Assembly (NCBI RefSeq): GCF_000143415.4
Contig: NW_003314265.1
Span: forward strand, 1,840,777 to 1,904,776
Length of the DNA stretch: 64,000 nucleotides
Direction of reading: 5' to 3'
DNA from: Selaginella moellendorffii
Lineage: Eukaryota > Plantae > Lycopodiophyta
The notes under the pieces are model-generated. The model did not search any database and had not been told where the DNA came from. It saw nothing but the letters and a program-made list of their open reading frames with translations. A program made the translations under genes and the position numbers. Below are positions 26,416 through 43,625 of the stretch, piece by piece. How positions within the stretch are numbered: position 1 is the first letter of the stretch; every line of letters begins with the position of its first letter.

Positions 26416-29400
26416 TATAAGTGCATAGAATATGGAAAGAAAATACATAAATATACATATTAATTAACCCAAAAATCCTAGCTTATATACAGAAGCGAAT
26501 GGTCTAGATTAAAACCAATCTGACAGCTACTAAAATCCCACTATGCTAATATTAGTATACAGCATTGCAACCGTATACTAGAAGGTGGCATTGGTGAATC
26601 TATAATTAGTGCTAGTTGTTCATAATCCCTTTGTATAAAGCATTTTAATCATTGCATATGCACAATTTTTGAAGGACCAACTTATTGGACATTAAGCTAA
26701 ACCTCATCAACTTGCAGTCCAACTTATTGCAACACCTAATATGGTTCCTTCCATTGAGTAAAGAGTCACATACAGTAAGATTAAGAAAATAGACTAATGC
26801 CAAATTATCCATTTTGTATTTTGCAAGTGGATGATAATAGAAGTTGTAACACTATTGTTGTCCCATTTGTATGCAGTCCAGATATTCAACAAATTCTATT
26901 TAGATAAGTGGAAAGATGCTTGTCAAATACTAATCCTAAGATGTAACATCGGCGACTTGTGGCAATTGCAAAGATAAACTCAACTTCATTAGTAATACAA
27001 GATAATGATTATATAAGAGTTTATATGGTGAAGCATCAATAGAACTCTGCACCCTTGTGATATATGCATATCGAAGAGACGACAAATAATAATCCCAACC
27101 CGAATCCTGAAAGTTCACATACTTTGTGATCATCCATTTGAAGTTCTAAATGAGCCATTCCATTAAACTATTGAACTATGGATGATAAGTACTCATGAAA
27201 ATGTGGTGTATCCCTAATCAAGACTTTAAAATAAATGAAAGACCATTATCTGAAAGAATTTGCTTCAAATTAAAATGCTGGAACACCATTCAACTGGGGA
27301 GGAAATAACCAACAACAATGGCAAATGCACTAGTAAGAGCACAAACTTCCACCCAATAAATCAAATAGTTAAAAGCAATAATGATATATACTCATTGCTA
27401 GCAGTTGACTGTGGAAAAGACCCTATTAAATTAAATGCCACCAACTCAAACAAATGGGCAATTGCAATTAACTTCAACTATCTTTCTGCAACATGAGGGG
27501 GAGTATAACGAGTTTGGCACTAAATGCAACTACGTACATACTAGATAACATTACATTGCATCTTTGGCTAATAGAAAGACTTATGTAGCTTCTCAGTCAC
27601 ACAATGATGTCCTATATACTTGCTTAGAATAGAAGAATTATGGTAGGAATAGAAAAAGCATGGAATAAATATTAAAAGCATTACCAATTGTAAATGATCA
27701 TCAAGATTTGTCCCTATAAAATAAAGAAGATCATCCTCAAGGTTATATTAAGAATGTAAATGCCAAAATGGCAAGTCATTAGTAAATAATACAGAATTTT
27801 CAAACCTATCTTAAAACCTTTAAATCCATGGCTCAATCTTTTGAGCCTTGCGAACCTCATCAAAAGAAGGTAAATTTTGCTTTACACTTTATGAACACTG
27901 AACGTTAAATATAACAACTGCCAATAGTATAAAATCTTTATCCAAAAAATCCACAAATGTGGGAATAACAAGTTTATCAAAAACATGAGAAGAGAGCGAG
28001 GAGTTCAAAAAAGGGCATCAATATTAACCATAAAACTCCCTAAGTGATGAACACCATCAAAATTATATATCTGAAGCTTCAAAGCCTACTAAGTAGTACA
28101 ACTAACCAAGTTCTTCCACTTCAATAATGAAGTAATTGTAACATGATTACCTTTTAGTAACGTTTGAGAACCATATAGATATGCATAAAGTTTTTTGAAA
28201 CCCTAAACTATTCTTAAACACTCTTTCTTTGTCATGGAGTAGTTTACCTTCGTTGGTTGTAATGTACGGTTGATATATGCAATAAGATGGTGCTGATTAG
28301 GCACACTTGGGCTCTCTTGCATTAACATACTTCTAAGATTGATATCGAAAACATCCACATAAAAAATAAAAAGTTGAGTGTAGTTAGGATATATTAAAAC
28401 TAGAGGAGTTGTCAATAGCTCTTTGAAATTCATAAATGCTCACTCACAGTTTGTAAACCAAATGAAAGATGATGCTGACAATTTCAAGAATACTCACAAT
28501 GGTGCAATGCAATCAAAAAAATGATCAACAAAACAATTAAGATATTACACTTACTCAGGAAATGCTACATATCATTCACACACTTCAAAGAAGGGAACTT
28601 TAGAATAACTATAATTTTGTTATGATCAACTTATAAAGCTTCACAAAAAATATAATACTAAAGATAAGTTGTATCTTTGAACCCAAACATGCACTTCAAC
28701 CACTTCAGTTTTAAATTAATTTCCCAAAGTTGATTCAACACTTTATAAACATTATGGATATATTCTTTCTATGTCCCCTCCGAGTGGATCAAGACATCAT
28801 CAATGAAGTCAGTAGTTATCTCTAGTATATCGCAAAGAACTTCGTCCATCATCCACTGGAAAGTTGCTGGAGCATTATTCAAACCAAACGGCATCACTAA
28901 GAACTTATACACACTAAATGGTGTACAGAAAAAAGTCTTAAGAATATCATTTTCGGTCATCAATACTTGCCAGTAACTAGAAGCAAAATCTAACTTATTG
29001 AATTAATGACTTTTCCCCAAACGATTCAAGAGATCAGCAATGTGAGGAAGAAGGTACACATCAGGGATTATCACTTTATTTAACAAATGATAGTTGATGT
29101 AAAAATGAATACTCCCATTAGACTTCGTCACTAAATGAAATTCATATGCCCAAGGACTCCACAACTTTTGAATAACACATTTTTCCAACATTTCTTTGAT
29201 GTTTGCATGTAAAATTTTAATCTCTTTGGGTGACTAACGATAAACAGGAACCTTTATTAAACAGGCATCCCTAGTTAGAATAGGATGACATGTTGCAATC
29301 TTGGTCCTAGACAATAATTCAAATTCAAAGAGATCAACATACTCCTTCATGAGGCGGTTAACCGTTACAACACAAAGACTGTCGAAAGGAACAAAAAAGG

Positions 29401-31197
29401 GAAAAAAGGAATAAAATAGAAACATAGAAGGAAGTAATGGGGAGATAAAAGTGATAGAAATAGAAATAGAAACAAAAGGACAAAAAGGAATAAAAGTAAA
29501 ATGAATGGAAGAAATATAAAGAAGTATAAGACAAAAGAGAGAAGCTTCAAAGTCACATTTAGCATGATTATGCTGCAACCAATTTATACCAAGGATGAAG
29601 TTAAAAGTTTGACTCGGCACCACCCGTAATGATTGCAATTCAAGCTTGAGATTGCCCACACGGATAACTAAATCCACCTCATCCCGTGCACGTACATGTG
29701 TATGGCTATTGCTATAAAGAATGAAACTGACTTTGCCACATGATACAAATGTAGACAGCAATATGTGGCAATAGACCGAGCAATAGAAGATAAACTCAAG
29801 CTTATATCAACCAACATAAAGAAAAGAATAGGAGACTTCTTGTTATAAAAATGAGCTTGGAAAATAAATATTAGATGAACTGATGCCGAGTGAACCCTTT
29901 AATAATACTTCCAAAAGAAAGATAGAGAGGTCACTAACTTATTTACACAAGGTCCCTCTGCTACTTGCATGACTCCTCGTTTCTCAGAAGCATCTTAGTA
30001 TTCAACCTTTCATTATAGTAGCACCAATAAGACATTGTTGACACCAAGGTCTTCACCCAAGAAATGGAAGTTGCCAATCCAGAAAATGCTAGTAAGTGTG
30101 ATTAATTTCATCACATGCCTAATAGTGGACATTATGGCCACGACCATGTCTTCGCCCTTGTCCTTGAACTTAGGCAACAGTAGCATCAACCTCCATTGAA
30201 ACAGAACCATCTCCTATAAAAAGTGGAGCTGAAAAACATGTAGTGAGAAGTGAAAGACGCAATATTTCATAATAATGTGCCAAGAGAAGAACATTATCAA
30301 AGGTGGCTGGAACAAGTGCATGCATAAGTCTTATAAGATCTTGATTAAGTGTTGACTACAATATTCCCAACTTGATCTATTCTGACATATTTGGCTTCGC
30401 ATGAAGTAAGAGGTTTTAGAAATGAGTACCAAATTGCATCACTGACTTAGACTGCATTTGATGAAGATGGTGCAATTGTTAAAAGGCATTATTATAATTG
30501 TCAATATGTCCAGATATGCATTTGAAGATGTTTAGGAGAATGCTCTAATCCTCACGAGTGGCTACGTTCAAACCATTGTACCATTATAGTGCCATCTTTT
30601 TGAGACATATAGGAAACTTATGCAAATGCTGAGCTTTATCCCAAGAATAATATGTGGCAATCACCATAAAATGATCAAACTAATAATACACATCATCCCC
30701 AAAATTCTCACAGAAGAACTCTGCCTAAACATGGGGATTGATAGCAAAAGCAAGAGGAGCTATACTACATGTTGTGAATATTGATATTAATTGAATTTAA
30801 TTATTCAACTACAACTATATGACACTGAGTAATTACACCCCAAAGTCAAAAGGAGGAAGAGGTTGCTATTTTGCCATGAAAATGAACAAAAAGAAAAGAA
30901 CAAAAGAGAATAAGTTGGGAAAAACTATAAGAAAATGGAGATCTAAACAATGCAAAAGTTAAATTTAAATCAAAATCCTAAATTTTAGCACTTTTCAGGG
31001 ACAATCAAAACTGCCTCTCACCTTCACAAATGTAAATGTATGTAATATGGAAATAAAATATAGAAGTGTGGATATTAACTAACCCAAAAACATTAGTTTA
31101 TATATAAGAGTAAATGGTTTAGTTTAAAACCAATCTAATGGCTATCACTATGCTAATAGTAGTATATGGCATTGTAGCTGTGCACGTGGACCTCACA
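26416..31197 (-). mobile_element. Decayed Ty3/gypsy LTR retrotransposon (copy 2), near full length
   Basis: LTRs at 31031-31197 and 26416-~26579 (inner end deleted). ATGC flanks both ends (26412-26415, 31198-31201). Protease 'FILGINWLQH', RT 'VMPFGLNNAPATFQ...FIDDVLIHS', RNaseH 'YSMTKKECL', integrase fragments. Confidence 0.93.
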
Positions 31198-31537
31198 ATG
31201 CATGAAGTTTTTTCTTATTTGACTTTATGCTTTTTATTATGTATAAATTTATGATAAAAAATTTAGTTTAAGTATTATATTGCTAGCATCATCATTTTAG
31301 GCACTATAAATTTTTAAATTTAATTAAGCACTATTGCATTAATTGTATTTTTTTATTTTAGTAAAATGAGAAGCATTCTATCCATATATAGTAATACAAT
31401 TTTACGAATAACTTGTTAGTAAAGTGGTAAGTTTTGAAATTACACAGAAAAAAGTCCAAACATAAAATATGCTAACAGAAGTTCTATATTAATCGGCCAA
31501 AACCCAAAGCCCTAAGGAGCTCTTCCCCATTCAAATC

Positions 31538-34746
<3,209 letters not shown>

Positions 34747-35440
34747 ACAGTCGCATCCTGCGTTTTCTTCGACCAAATGCAATTTGTAAGTTTCCCACTG
34801 TTTGTGCGTACGATTCCACTCCTACTTATGGTCTTGCAATCCTTGACTTCGACGTAGGTGTGATGTGGGTGAAGCTTCTATCGGTGCTTGAAAAGTTCCA
34901 CGCATAATCTTCTCCTGCTTTTTGTTTAAAGTCGGCATTCATTCTCGCCTTGAAAACGCTTGCTGCCTTTTTTTAGTGTATGGAACCGTGAACGAATCAA
35001 TGCGTGCTCATTTCAAAGTGTTACAAGGAAGGAATATGATCACCACGGATCCGGTATGATAAACTAAACGATTTTTGTGGAAACTCTATGCCAACTTGTT
35101 TGACCAGGCAGCAGAAGGTGAAACATCCACCAAGATGCGAAGAGGAAGAGAAAGAAGAGCATGTTGCCACCATGATTGAGGACTGATTGAGAAGAGACAA
35201 CCAGATAACAACACGAGGAAGAGAATCAACCCGCAAAGCAAAACAAGGATTTCTTCGCCGAGGCATTACTTCGAGGTGGTGGTATTGTCGCGATCAACGT
35301 TAGACAACTCGAAAGACTGTAAAGTATGGCAAGATCGAGCAAGCACGACAGTTTGGACGGCTACGAACAAACGTTAAAAAGGGTGAAAAAGCGTTGCAAA
35401 GGAAAGTACTAGTGCCAGTGGACGTAGACATCCTAAACCA

Positions 35441-36865
35441 TCAGTGCCGCTTCGCTCCTAGTCTCAGCGAGAGATCCAGCTCGCCCGAGTCATCCTCGAA
35501 TGGATCAGAGTTCTTCAACGACGACAGGTTGCATTGGTGCTGCTGCTGTTGCTGCTGTTGGTGTTGGTAGTGCTGCTGCTCTTCCGCCGCCGGCGCTCCT
35601 CCGACCAAACCATTGATATGAAACCGAACACCCGACTTAACTCCGTGACCAAACATCTCGACCGACGGGCTTCTTTGCAGCTGGTGTTGCTGTTGAGACG
35701 ACGATCCCGCGAGAAACGAAGAAGCAGCTCTGGCAGCAGCGCACCAACCTTTGGAGTCCAGGCCGCTCAATGATGGGTGGTGGAATCCAAATCCGGAGAA
35801 GCTGGAGCTATGGTGGTGCTCGCCAGAGTTTGGGTGGGACGACGATGGCAGAGTGGAGTTCTTGTGAAGACTACTTGGTGCCGTGGCGACGGTGGACTGG
35901 GCTTCCACTCCCAGGGACCTGTTGTTGGCGGCGGCGGCGGCGTTAAACCCGTGGAACGCGGAGCCCGAGCTTCCGCCGGGAAAACCGATGGTGGGGGTGA
36001 TAGCGGTGGTGGTGGTGGTGGTGGTGGCGGCGGCGGTCCTAGCACCGTGAGCTCGTCGAGCGGCGGTTCTCTCCCTCTTGTGCGCGTTTTGGTGGCCACC
36101 CAGCGCCTGCGAGCTTGGGAACTTTCGGTCACAGTAAGTGCAAGAGAATTGGCGATTGGTGGTGGTGGTGGCGATCGACGCGTGGTTCTCAGCAGCAGTG
36201 CTGGCAGCGTGAAGAGCAACCGGCGCGAGAGGAGCGATGGCGGCGGTAGCAGCGGCAACGGCGGCGGCGGGGCTTTGATGATCTGAGGATGATCCCAGCG
36301 ACGTGCTGCCCTCCGACACAACGGAAGTGCTGGACGAGAGGGATGATCTCCAGTGCTCTCTCGCCTTGGCGACGTGATCTTGCTTTGAGAGATGGTGATG
36401 ATCCAGGTCCCTTGACAAGAATCCAAGCTTGGTGGTGGCCCCGCCAAGGAAACAATGAGCCACCGCCGCCGCCGCCGCCGGCGAAGTCGAGGAGGAAGTT
36501 ATAATCTCCTCGCCACACACCTCGAATTCCCTTGTCACGATCGCGCTGCTATCCTCCTCCTCCTCCTCCTCCTCCTCCATCTCTTCATTCTCGAGCTCGT
36601 GATGACGACCACGATGATCCAGCTTGGGATCTTGACACCCAGCAGCGACGATTCTAGCTTGATCGAGATCGTCACCTCGATCTAGTTCTAATGCCTGGCC
36701 TTCCTCTTCTTCCTCTAGTCTGGAATTTAGATTCAACCTCTTGGGATACCTTGCTGTTCCCTCTCCTCCCACGCCTGGAACTCTTCCTTGATCTTCTTGT
36801 TCCTCTTGTTCTTGCTCTTCTTCTTCTTCCCTATGTTGGTCCTCAAAGCTCCTCTTGCTGCCCAT
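35441..36865 (-). CDS. Single C2H2 zinc finger (QALGGH type) repressor with C-terminal EAR motif
   Basis: '[27 protein letters not shown]' and C-terminal 'LDLSLRL'. Intronless; first ATG at 36865. Poly-E/A/T/Q tracts. Confidence 0.92.
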   Translation of the reverse strand: MGSKRSFEDQHREEEEEQEQEEQEDQGRVPGVGGEGTARYPKRLNLNSRLEEEEEGQALELDRGDDLDQARIVAAGCQDPKLDHRGRHHELENEEMEEEEEEEEDSSAIVTREFEVCGEEIITSSSTSPAAAAAVAHCFLGGATTKLGFLSRDLDHHHLSKQDHVAKAREHWRSSLSSSTSVVSEGSTSLGSSSDHQSPAAAVAAATAAIAPLAPVALHAASTAAENHASIATTTTNRQFSCTYCDRKFPSSQALGGHQNAHKRERTAARRAHGARTAAATTTTTTTAITPTIGFPGGSSGSAFHGFNAAAAANNRSLGVEAQSTVATAPSSLHKNSTLPSSSHPNSGEHHHSSSFSGFGFHHPSLSGLDSKGWCAAARAASSFLAGSSSQQQHQLQRSPSVEMFGHGVKSGVRFHINGLVGGAPAAEEQQHYQHQQQQQQQHQCNLSSLKNSDPFEDDSGELDLSLRLGAKRH

Positions 36866-37613
36866 CCCGGCGGATCCAAAATCTCTAAGATTGGATCGAT
36901 CAAAGAGAGGGGAGAGAGAGAGAGAGAGAGACCCAGCAAAAAAGAAGAAACCAAGGAGAAGGAAGCGCACAAAAATTACAGCCTAGAGCAGCTAATCCAA
37001 GCTCTCCACATTTTTTTGTATCATCAGCTTTCACAGTTTAAAACCATCCCTCTACTCAACAAAAACAACAATTTAGTGTAATTGGAAAATTTCCACAAGT
37101 AAAATGGGATCGTGTGTTGTCGGAAATAGCTAACATAATTTGGAAATCGAAATGCCAGCGTGATATTTTTTTGACATGAAAGGATGTTGGTATGGTCATT
37201 AAAGAATAGGTCCCAAGTCAAAGTGTTCCACTAGATCATCACTCACATGGGAAGAAATCGTATAAAAGATAAATTTTGACACTCAATCTAATGCCAAATC
37301 CACAGCACATTTTTCTCCACTTAGTGTTTGCACCAAACACAATATCTCTGAAAAAAGAAGCCATTAAAACCACGCCCAGGAAGACTTTGAGCCGCCACAA
37401 TCACTTTGCGAAGCTTCCGGCCATCGAGGAGTACGCTACGAAACGATGGATGATAAGTTCTTTCTATCTTGCTTCCAGAAAAACACTGCATTTACAAACT
37501 CTACGAGAGAAAAAGTGGAAGGGGGCGAGCGAACGTACTTCCCTCTACATCACGGCTTCTTTCTTTACCAAAACCATCAATCCACCCACTAGCAGTACCC
37601 GTCCATCCATCCA

Positions 37614-38675
37614 TCATGTACACGCGGTCTCGTAGAAGACCGAGCCTTGCAGCTCTGGACCGTCCAGGCGGGGATTGTTCTCAAAGCTGCGAGTCAGACG
37701 AGCAAGAGACGAGTCAGTCTCGGTCACAGTGCTGGGTCAAAAAAGACGACTCACTTCTTTGCGGGGAATCTCGCGAACGAGCCGGAAGTCGGGATCGTCC
37801 CGCACAGGTTGTTCGAGGAAACGTCCCTGGAAAGCCGAGCACGCGAGTCAGACAAAGTGTAGAGGCGGAAGAAAAGAAAAGAGGAACTCTGTCAGGAATC
37901 GCCTGGGGAGTGAGTGGACTTACACGACTTTAAGGCTCGCGATGGAGGTGAGCTCACGGGGGATTCGCCCTCTCAGCTGGTTGTTGTTGACCCGCCTGCA
38001 CGTCTTAAAAGAACCAGTCAAGCGCACTAAAGCTCATGGTGACCAAGACACTTACAGGAAGACGAGCGACTTGAGGTTGCCAAGGGACGCTGGAAGCTCC
38101 CCTGTGAAGTTGTTCATGTACAAGTCCAGGCTCACCAGGCTCTTGAGTTGGCCGAGCTCCTCCGGGATCTTGCCCCGGATGTTGTTCTTGTAGAGCTCCC
38201 TGAGAGCACCGAGGATTATAATCTCTTCCTAACTTTGTGTTTCTTGTTGAGAAGAACTTACAGGTATTGGAGATGCTGGAGGCTTCCAAGCTCCGGGACG
38301 AGAACGCCGGAGAGGTTAGCATTGCCCAGATCCCTGTCCACATAGAAAGAGTTTAGTTCTAGGCGTAGAAACTTACTCGGAAGATGATCGATCACGAGAA
38401 CTTACACGCGAGTCACATGATTCCGACGATCACAGGTAACGTGGAACCAGGTGCAAGGATTCACAAGGGTCGGGTCCCAGCTCTGGAGAACATTCTCCGG
38501 GTCAATCAGGCTTCTTCGCAGCGCGTAGAGGGCATCGCCTATAAACCAAAAGAGGAACAAAAGTGAGATTTCACTCATAGGCAAAAAAATCGAGCAAACC
38601 TTCGGAGTTGCACGAAGCAACGCTCAGGTAGATCAGAGCCGCAAGGGCCGCCGGAAAAAGGCCGGAAAACTCCAT
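37614..38675 (-). CDS. Secreted LRR-only protein (SERK-ectodomain-like, LRR1/LRP type)
   Basis: Signal peptide [26 protein letters not shown], '[35 protein letters not shown]', LRR exons, ends '[23 protein letters not shown]'. No TM or kinase domain. Confidence 0.9.
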
Positions 38676-39039
38676 CTCCTAAAGAGGAACCAAAACACAT
38701 AGCTAAGAAATACTCCCCATGGAAGAATGCGGGCCTAGAAACAAGAGAAATTTCCAAAATTTCCGCTCACCTCTAATGTGGAGTACCGCCGGCACCGCCG
38801 CTCTCAAATCGAAGAGACGAGATGACAAGACCTAGCTAGAGAGAGCGAAGAACCCTAAAAACCACGCTCACTCGTCACGCTCCACTACCAGAGGTAAAAG
38901 AGAGCGTTTTGACTGACTGGCGCATTAGCCGGCACGTACACGGCACACGACCGTACGGAATGGTAAAAGTAATACATTTTTATTCTAGAGCGTGTAAAAC
39001 GGTAACTGTCACAAACAAATATAGTATGCCGCCATCCCT

Positions 39040-39918
39040 CTATCGGATGGAAACGAAGGAACAGTAAAGAGCCGATAGTAACAGCGCCACGCACGCCGCC
39101 GGGGCCGGCGGGCCGCACCGCGCGGTACTGCTGGCGGCACCGCCCGTCTCGTTGGCCCCCGCGGGCGCCACGTTCACCGTGACGGGCGGCGCGCCGGGCG
39201 CGATGGCCGGGCCCGGGATTACAAACGCCGGCGGCGGGCGCTGCAGCGGCATACCGCCGGGCGCGTTGGCCGGCGCGAACGCCCCCGACGGCCCCGACGC
39301 CGGCCCATTGGCGGACGCCAGGCTAAACGAGGGATTGAGCACGCGGTCGATACCGTGGCACGTCACGACGCTCGTGGAGTTGCCGCACATGTTGGGCCGC
39401 ACGATCCGCGCGGTATTGAGGCGGTACCCCGCGGCGCTGTTGTCCGTGACCACGAGCTGGTTGCCGAAGAGCAGCGTGGGCAGACGCTGGCCAACCGGGA
39501 ACTCCGAGAGGACGTCGTACGGCAGGACGCCGGTGACCGCGTGGTAGAGCAGGAGCGACGGTATCTCGGACTGGTTGAGGTTGACGAACGCCGCGATGGC
39601 CTCGTTGGTGGGGATCATGAGCGTGGAGTAGGCGGGGATGAAGTTGGACAGCGCCTTGATCGCCCATCCCGCCAGGCTGAAGCCGCCGGTGCGCAGGGTG
39701 TCGATGATGGACTGGGCTACCGCGGGCGGTATGGTCGGGAGGCTCCCCACGGGTATACCGCCGCCGCCAATTGGGATACCACCGCCGCCAATTGGGATAC
39801 CGCCCCCGCCGCCGCCACCGATGCCCGGGATGGGGACCTGGGCTTCCAGACGAGCCAAGAACAAGGCGGAGAAGAGAAGGGCTGTGAGTGTAACTCTGCT
39901 GGATCCTCTTCCTCCCAT
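39040..39918 (-). CDS. FLA: Fasciclin-like arabinogalactan protein (single FAS1, likely GPI-anchored)
   Basis: Signal peptide, 'TLMIPTNEAIA', 'LLLYHAV', 'CHGIDRVL', Ala-Pro-rich tail and hydrophobic C-terminus. GGGIPI repeats. Confidence 0.88.
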   Translation of the reverse strand: MGGRGSSRVTLTALLFSALFLARLEAQVPIPGIGGGGGGGIPIGGGGIPIGGGGIPVGSLPTIPPAVAQSIIDTLRTGGFSLAGWAIKALSNFIPAYSTLMIPTNEAIAAFVNLNQSEIPSLLLYHAVTGVLPYDVLSEFPVGQRLPTLLFGNQLVVTDNSAAGYRLNTARIVRPNMCGNSTSVVTCHGIDRVLNPSFSLASANGPASGPSGAFAPANAPGGMPLQRPPPAFVIPGPAIAPGAPPVTVNVAPAGANETGGAASSTARCGPPAPAACVALLLSALYCSFVSIR

Positions 39919-40180
39919 CTCTTTGTGGAGCGATGGGAAGGATGGGCACTCTCGAAAGATTGGAATTGCCTACCTTGGGGATCGCCCATGCCGCGAGCTT
40001 ATATGGGGACCAAAACTTCCAAAAGCATGCACCGTCACCACCGCCTCTATCAACGAGTTTGATATAACCTTCCTTTCTCGGCATTTTTCACAAAATTAGG
40101 GTTCTAGAGTAAAATGAGTATTTGTAACAAAATTAGGTTTCAAGAGTAAAAAATCCGTATCCTCTGGTTTTAGGGCAGAC

Positions 40181-41358
40181 ATGGCAGAGTCTATCCAGTT
40201 CTTCGCGGGATCCTTCTCCACGGCTTTGCCCGCGCATCGAAATCGCAGCTTGCCAAATGGATCGTCGCTCTTCTTCGCTAGAATGCGGCGGAGATTGGCG
40301 GCCGCAGCTCCCGAGAATTGGGAGGGGGTGATCAAGCTGGAGGAGGAGGAGGCGTCGACGCTGATTGATCTTTGCCGGGATTTGGACTGGGAGGGATGCG
40401 TGGATGCGCTGCGCAGGGAGGCGCTCCGGATGAATGATGCGACCAGGGCTGGCGCGGCGAGAGTGGCGCAGGGGGTTAGCTGCGCTGCTAGTGGTGGGAA
40501 TGGCAATGGCGAGCAGTGGGACTACAAGGAAGCGGTCGCGGATTTGAGAAGAAGGGCGAGTTTCCAGGTATGAAGTAGCTTGTTGGATTGTTTCTTGGAG
40601 ATCTCGGCTTGAGTTTCATGGTTCTTTTTCTTGTATCCTCCATCGTTTTGGATTCTTCTATCTATTGCGTTTCGATCGTCTTTGATGATATGCTTCATGA
40701 ATGCTTGATTGTTCTACTCTTGTGTTCTTTTATTTTTCTATCGCTCACTTCTAGATTTTATCCAGGCTGCTGAAGAGATGGTCAAGAATCTCAATCCACC
40801 GGACTATGCTCAAGCAGTCTCTAAGCTCGCTCACCAAATTCTAAACGCCTGCGACCAACACTTGCAAGTAAACCCCTTCTAGTATTTTTCCTCGGGTTGA
40901 TCTTTTCATGTTCTTAGGACGACACTTGCGGTGGAGGAAACGGATCAACGAGCCCAGCGACGGCACCCTCGTTTCTCCTGGCAACTCTCGCGGGTCTTCA
41001 CGGTTTCATTGGCTTTTCCGCCATGGCCGACGAGTTCCAATCTCAAGCTCAAGCTGCTCAAGACAAAATTCCATCTTGGCTTCCCACTGCTGTTCTGGGA
41101 GCTCCAGTTGCAGCGTACTTGATCTTCAGCGTCTATAGAGACCAGGTAACTCCACAAAAAAAACTCCATTTTTTCTCAGCCACAGGGAAAACTCTGGCTT
41201 TTCAGGTGAATCCTCAAGCAAAGCTCACGGATTTTTTCTTTGCTCTGGCTGCTATGTTTATAGTTGGGAACCTCATCACTTCAGCCACACTCGGGGTAAG
41301 GAAAAATCAAATTTTTTTGTCACTCTTTGATCGTGGCTGTCAGGTGAGGCTCTATTAA
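40181..41358 (+). CDS. Putative plastid-targeted membrane protein of unknown function (5 exons)
   Basis: In-frame splicing: transit-like N-terminus ...ASFQ|AAEEMV...HLQ|DDTC...VAAYLIFSVYRDQ|VNPQAKLTDFFFALAAMFIVGNLITSATLG|VRLY*. Confidence 0.65.
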
Positions 41359-41599
41359 ATTCTCCATGAGGCTCTCTCTACTGAAGACCATGTATATTCT
41401 ATTCTCGTTCTAAGAATGCATAAGATACCGCCACGCTAGACGTCTTACATGCCGCCACGTTGCTGATTCTACCACGTGGCTCCATCTTAGGCGTTCGTCC
41501 GGGGCACGAGCCCTAGACATTGAAAGGGGAGATAGAAAGGAAACTCGTGTGAGGGTCTGGGCAGTGAGTTCTAGGGTTTTTGGAGCGGCGGCTGGATCA

Positions 41600-43625
41600 A
41601 TGGCATTGATCTGGAGGGTGCTGCTGTCCTTCGTGCTGGTTTTCGCGATTTTGTGTGTTGGAATTCGGGGCGATGCAGGTGTAGAGGATGGGGACTTAAG
41701 CGTGGGGCAGAATTTAAGGCAGGCTGAGCTCGATCGGGAGATTATCGAGCTCCGCAAGCAAGTATCGGAGCTGGAGGCACGGCTATCAGTCACAGGTAGA
41801 GAAAATCCCTTTTATCATCCATACGTTGTCTAATGTGTTTTCCCTCCTTGCCAGATTCTAACTTAAAGCAAGCGAAGCAAGAGTCCTTTGAGAAGAGCAA
41901 AAAAGTCGTTTCATTGGAGAGCGAAGTAGATTCTCTCCAGGTGAGTGCTATAGATCGATTTTTTGGACTGGAAGTGACTGTGCTGTGGGTAGAAGCGGGC
42001 ATCTGGCGATGTGGAGAAGAAAATTCAGAGTCTGGAGGCAAAGGCGGAAGAATTATCATCAAAGGTGGAATTTGTCGGTCGTACTTTCTTGTTGTTCTGT
42101 CGTAACCCGCGACTTTTAGGTGGAACAACTCGAGGAGAACTTGAAAAAGTCGAGGGAAAACGCACAGCAGTTGCAAGACAAGCTGGAATTGTCGGAAGCC
42201 AAAGTTGATGAGCTAACCACAAAACTCGCACAGGTTTGCACGAAGATTATCCTTTTCGAATCCTTTGATGCGAGAAAAATTCTCTTTTTCTAACCAGGCC
42301 GAGAAGAGCAGTGCCCATCTGCGAAAGAAAGCGCGTGATGCTGAGGAGGCACGTAAGATAGCTGAGAATCTTCTGCTAAAGGCAGAGTCCGAGGCAGCTG
42401 CGAAGGCTCAGGAACTTTATAAGGTGTTTCGATTTTTCATTCGTCGTTCGTTGTGACAAGATTTGCAGGTTTACGAGGCTTGGCTGCCACCGTGGGCCGC
42501 GGGCCGACTAGCGCAGATACAGGTAAGAAGTGTTTTTGATGATATTTTCATTCATCTGTTGTGCGTGTATAGTCAACTTCGGCAGTGTATTGGACCCTGC
42601 ACGGTGAACCAGTTTTCAAGAAAGCTGCGGAGCACGTAAGACGATTATTTCTTCAATAGCATGTCTCATCTATAACCATTATCTGTATCAGGCCTCTCGA
42701 CACGCCACAACGGCGAAGGAATGGGCTCAACCTCACGTAGATACTCTTAAGAAGGTACAGATTATCTTGCTTTTGTCAATGGCTTTAAGATGAGCTTCAT
42801 TTTTTCTCCAGAAAGTAGGCCCTTCTGCGAGTGCGTACTGGAATACTGTCTCCACGAACGGCAAAGTTCTGGCTTCTAAAGTGTCAGAGGCCTACAATGT
42901 TCACTTGTCGCCCCACTTTGTTAAGGCGAACGAACAACTTATGCCTCGCATCAAGGTCTGCAATCGTCCATGTATCGGATAGGTTTCTTACATCCTTTCT
43001 CTCATTTGCAGTCTCTACGGAAACAGCTTCGGCCGCACGTAGACAAAGCTGCTGCGTACGTCCGTCCTTATTACGAGAAATCTCAAGAATACGCTGCTCC
43101 TCACATCGAAAAGGTGCATCAAGTTTCCAAGGAGGCACTGACCTCGGCTGTAAATTATCACAATAAGGTAAGTCTTAGAAGCCGAATATTGCTGGCAGCT
43201 GCTGATTCTTCTCACTTTCTTTCAGATGCAAAACTCAGTTCGCGGGCTTTTATTGAAGCACGAGGTGTCGGCAGGCTGGGCGGCGAGTAAAGAGCTCGTT
43301 TGGTTTCTCGTAAGAGATTTATTTCCAGTTGCGTGTTTGACAGCTCTAATTTACTTCTCCTCTCATAGGCGATGGCGGTTTTGGTGCTACCAGCGGCTGC
43401 AGCGATGCATTTGGTGTTGAGCACCTTCAGGTAAAGAGTTGAATTTGAGCTTGCACTCTCAAGCAAACTGACTAGATAACTTGGCACTCCAGTGGTAGCA
43501 AGAAGGTGAAGAAGCCGAGCCGGAGCCACGCCAACGCGCACAAAAAGTCCAAAAAGTCAAAGCATCAATCGTCGTCGTCTTCATCGGCGGCGACAAGCGC
43601 AGAGAAGCACGTAGAGAAGCAGTAG
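41600..43625 (+). CDS. Signal-peptide/coiled-coil membrane protein ('myosin heavy chain-related' plant family)
   Basis: MALIWRVLLSFVLVFAILCVG, coiled-coil exons, 'YEAWLPPWAA', 'ASKELVWF', C-terminal TM followed by a basic tail. Stop TAG 43623-43625. Confidence 0.8.

Noticed and set aside
35534-36685. Multiple overlapping ORFs in the zinc-finger gene (similar ones occur in the FLA gene)
   Set aside because: Produced by GC-rich trinucleotide repeats and scarcity of stop codons
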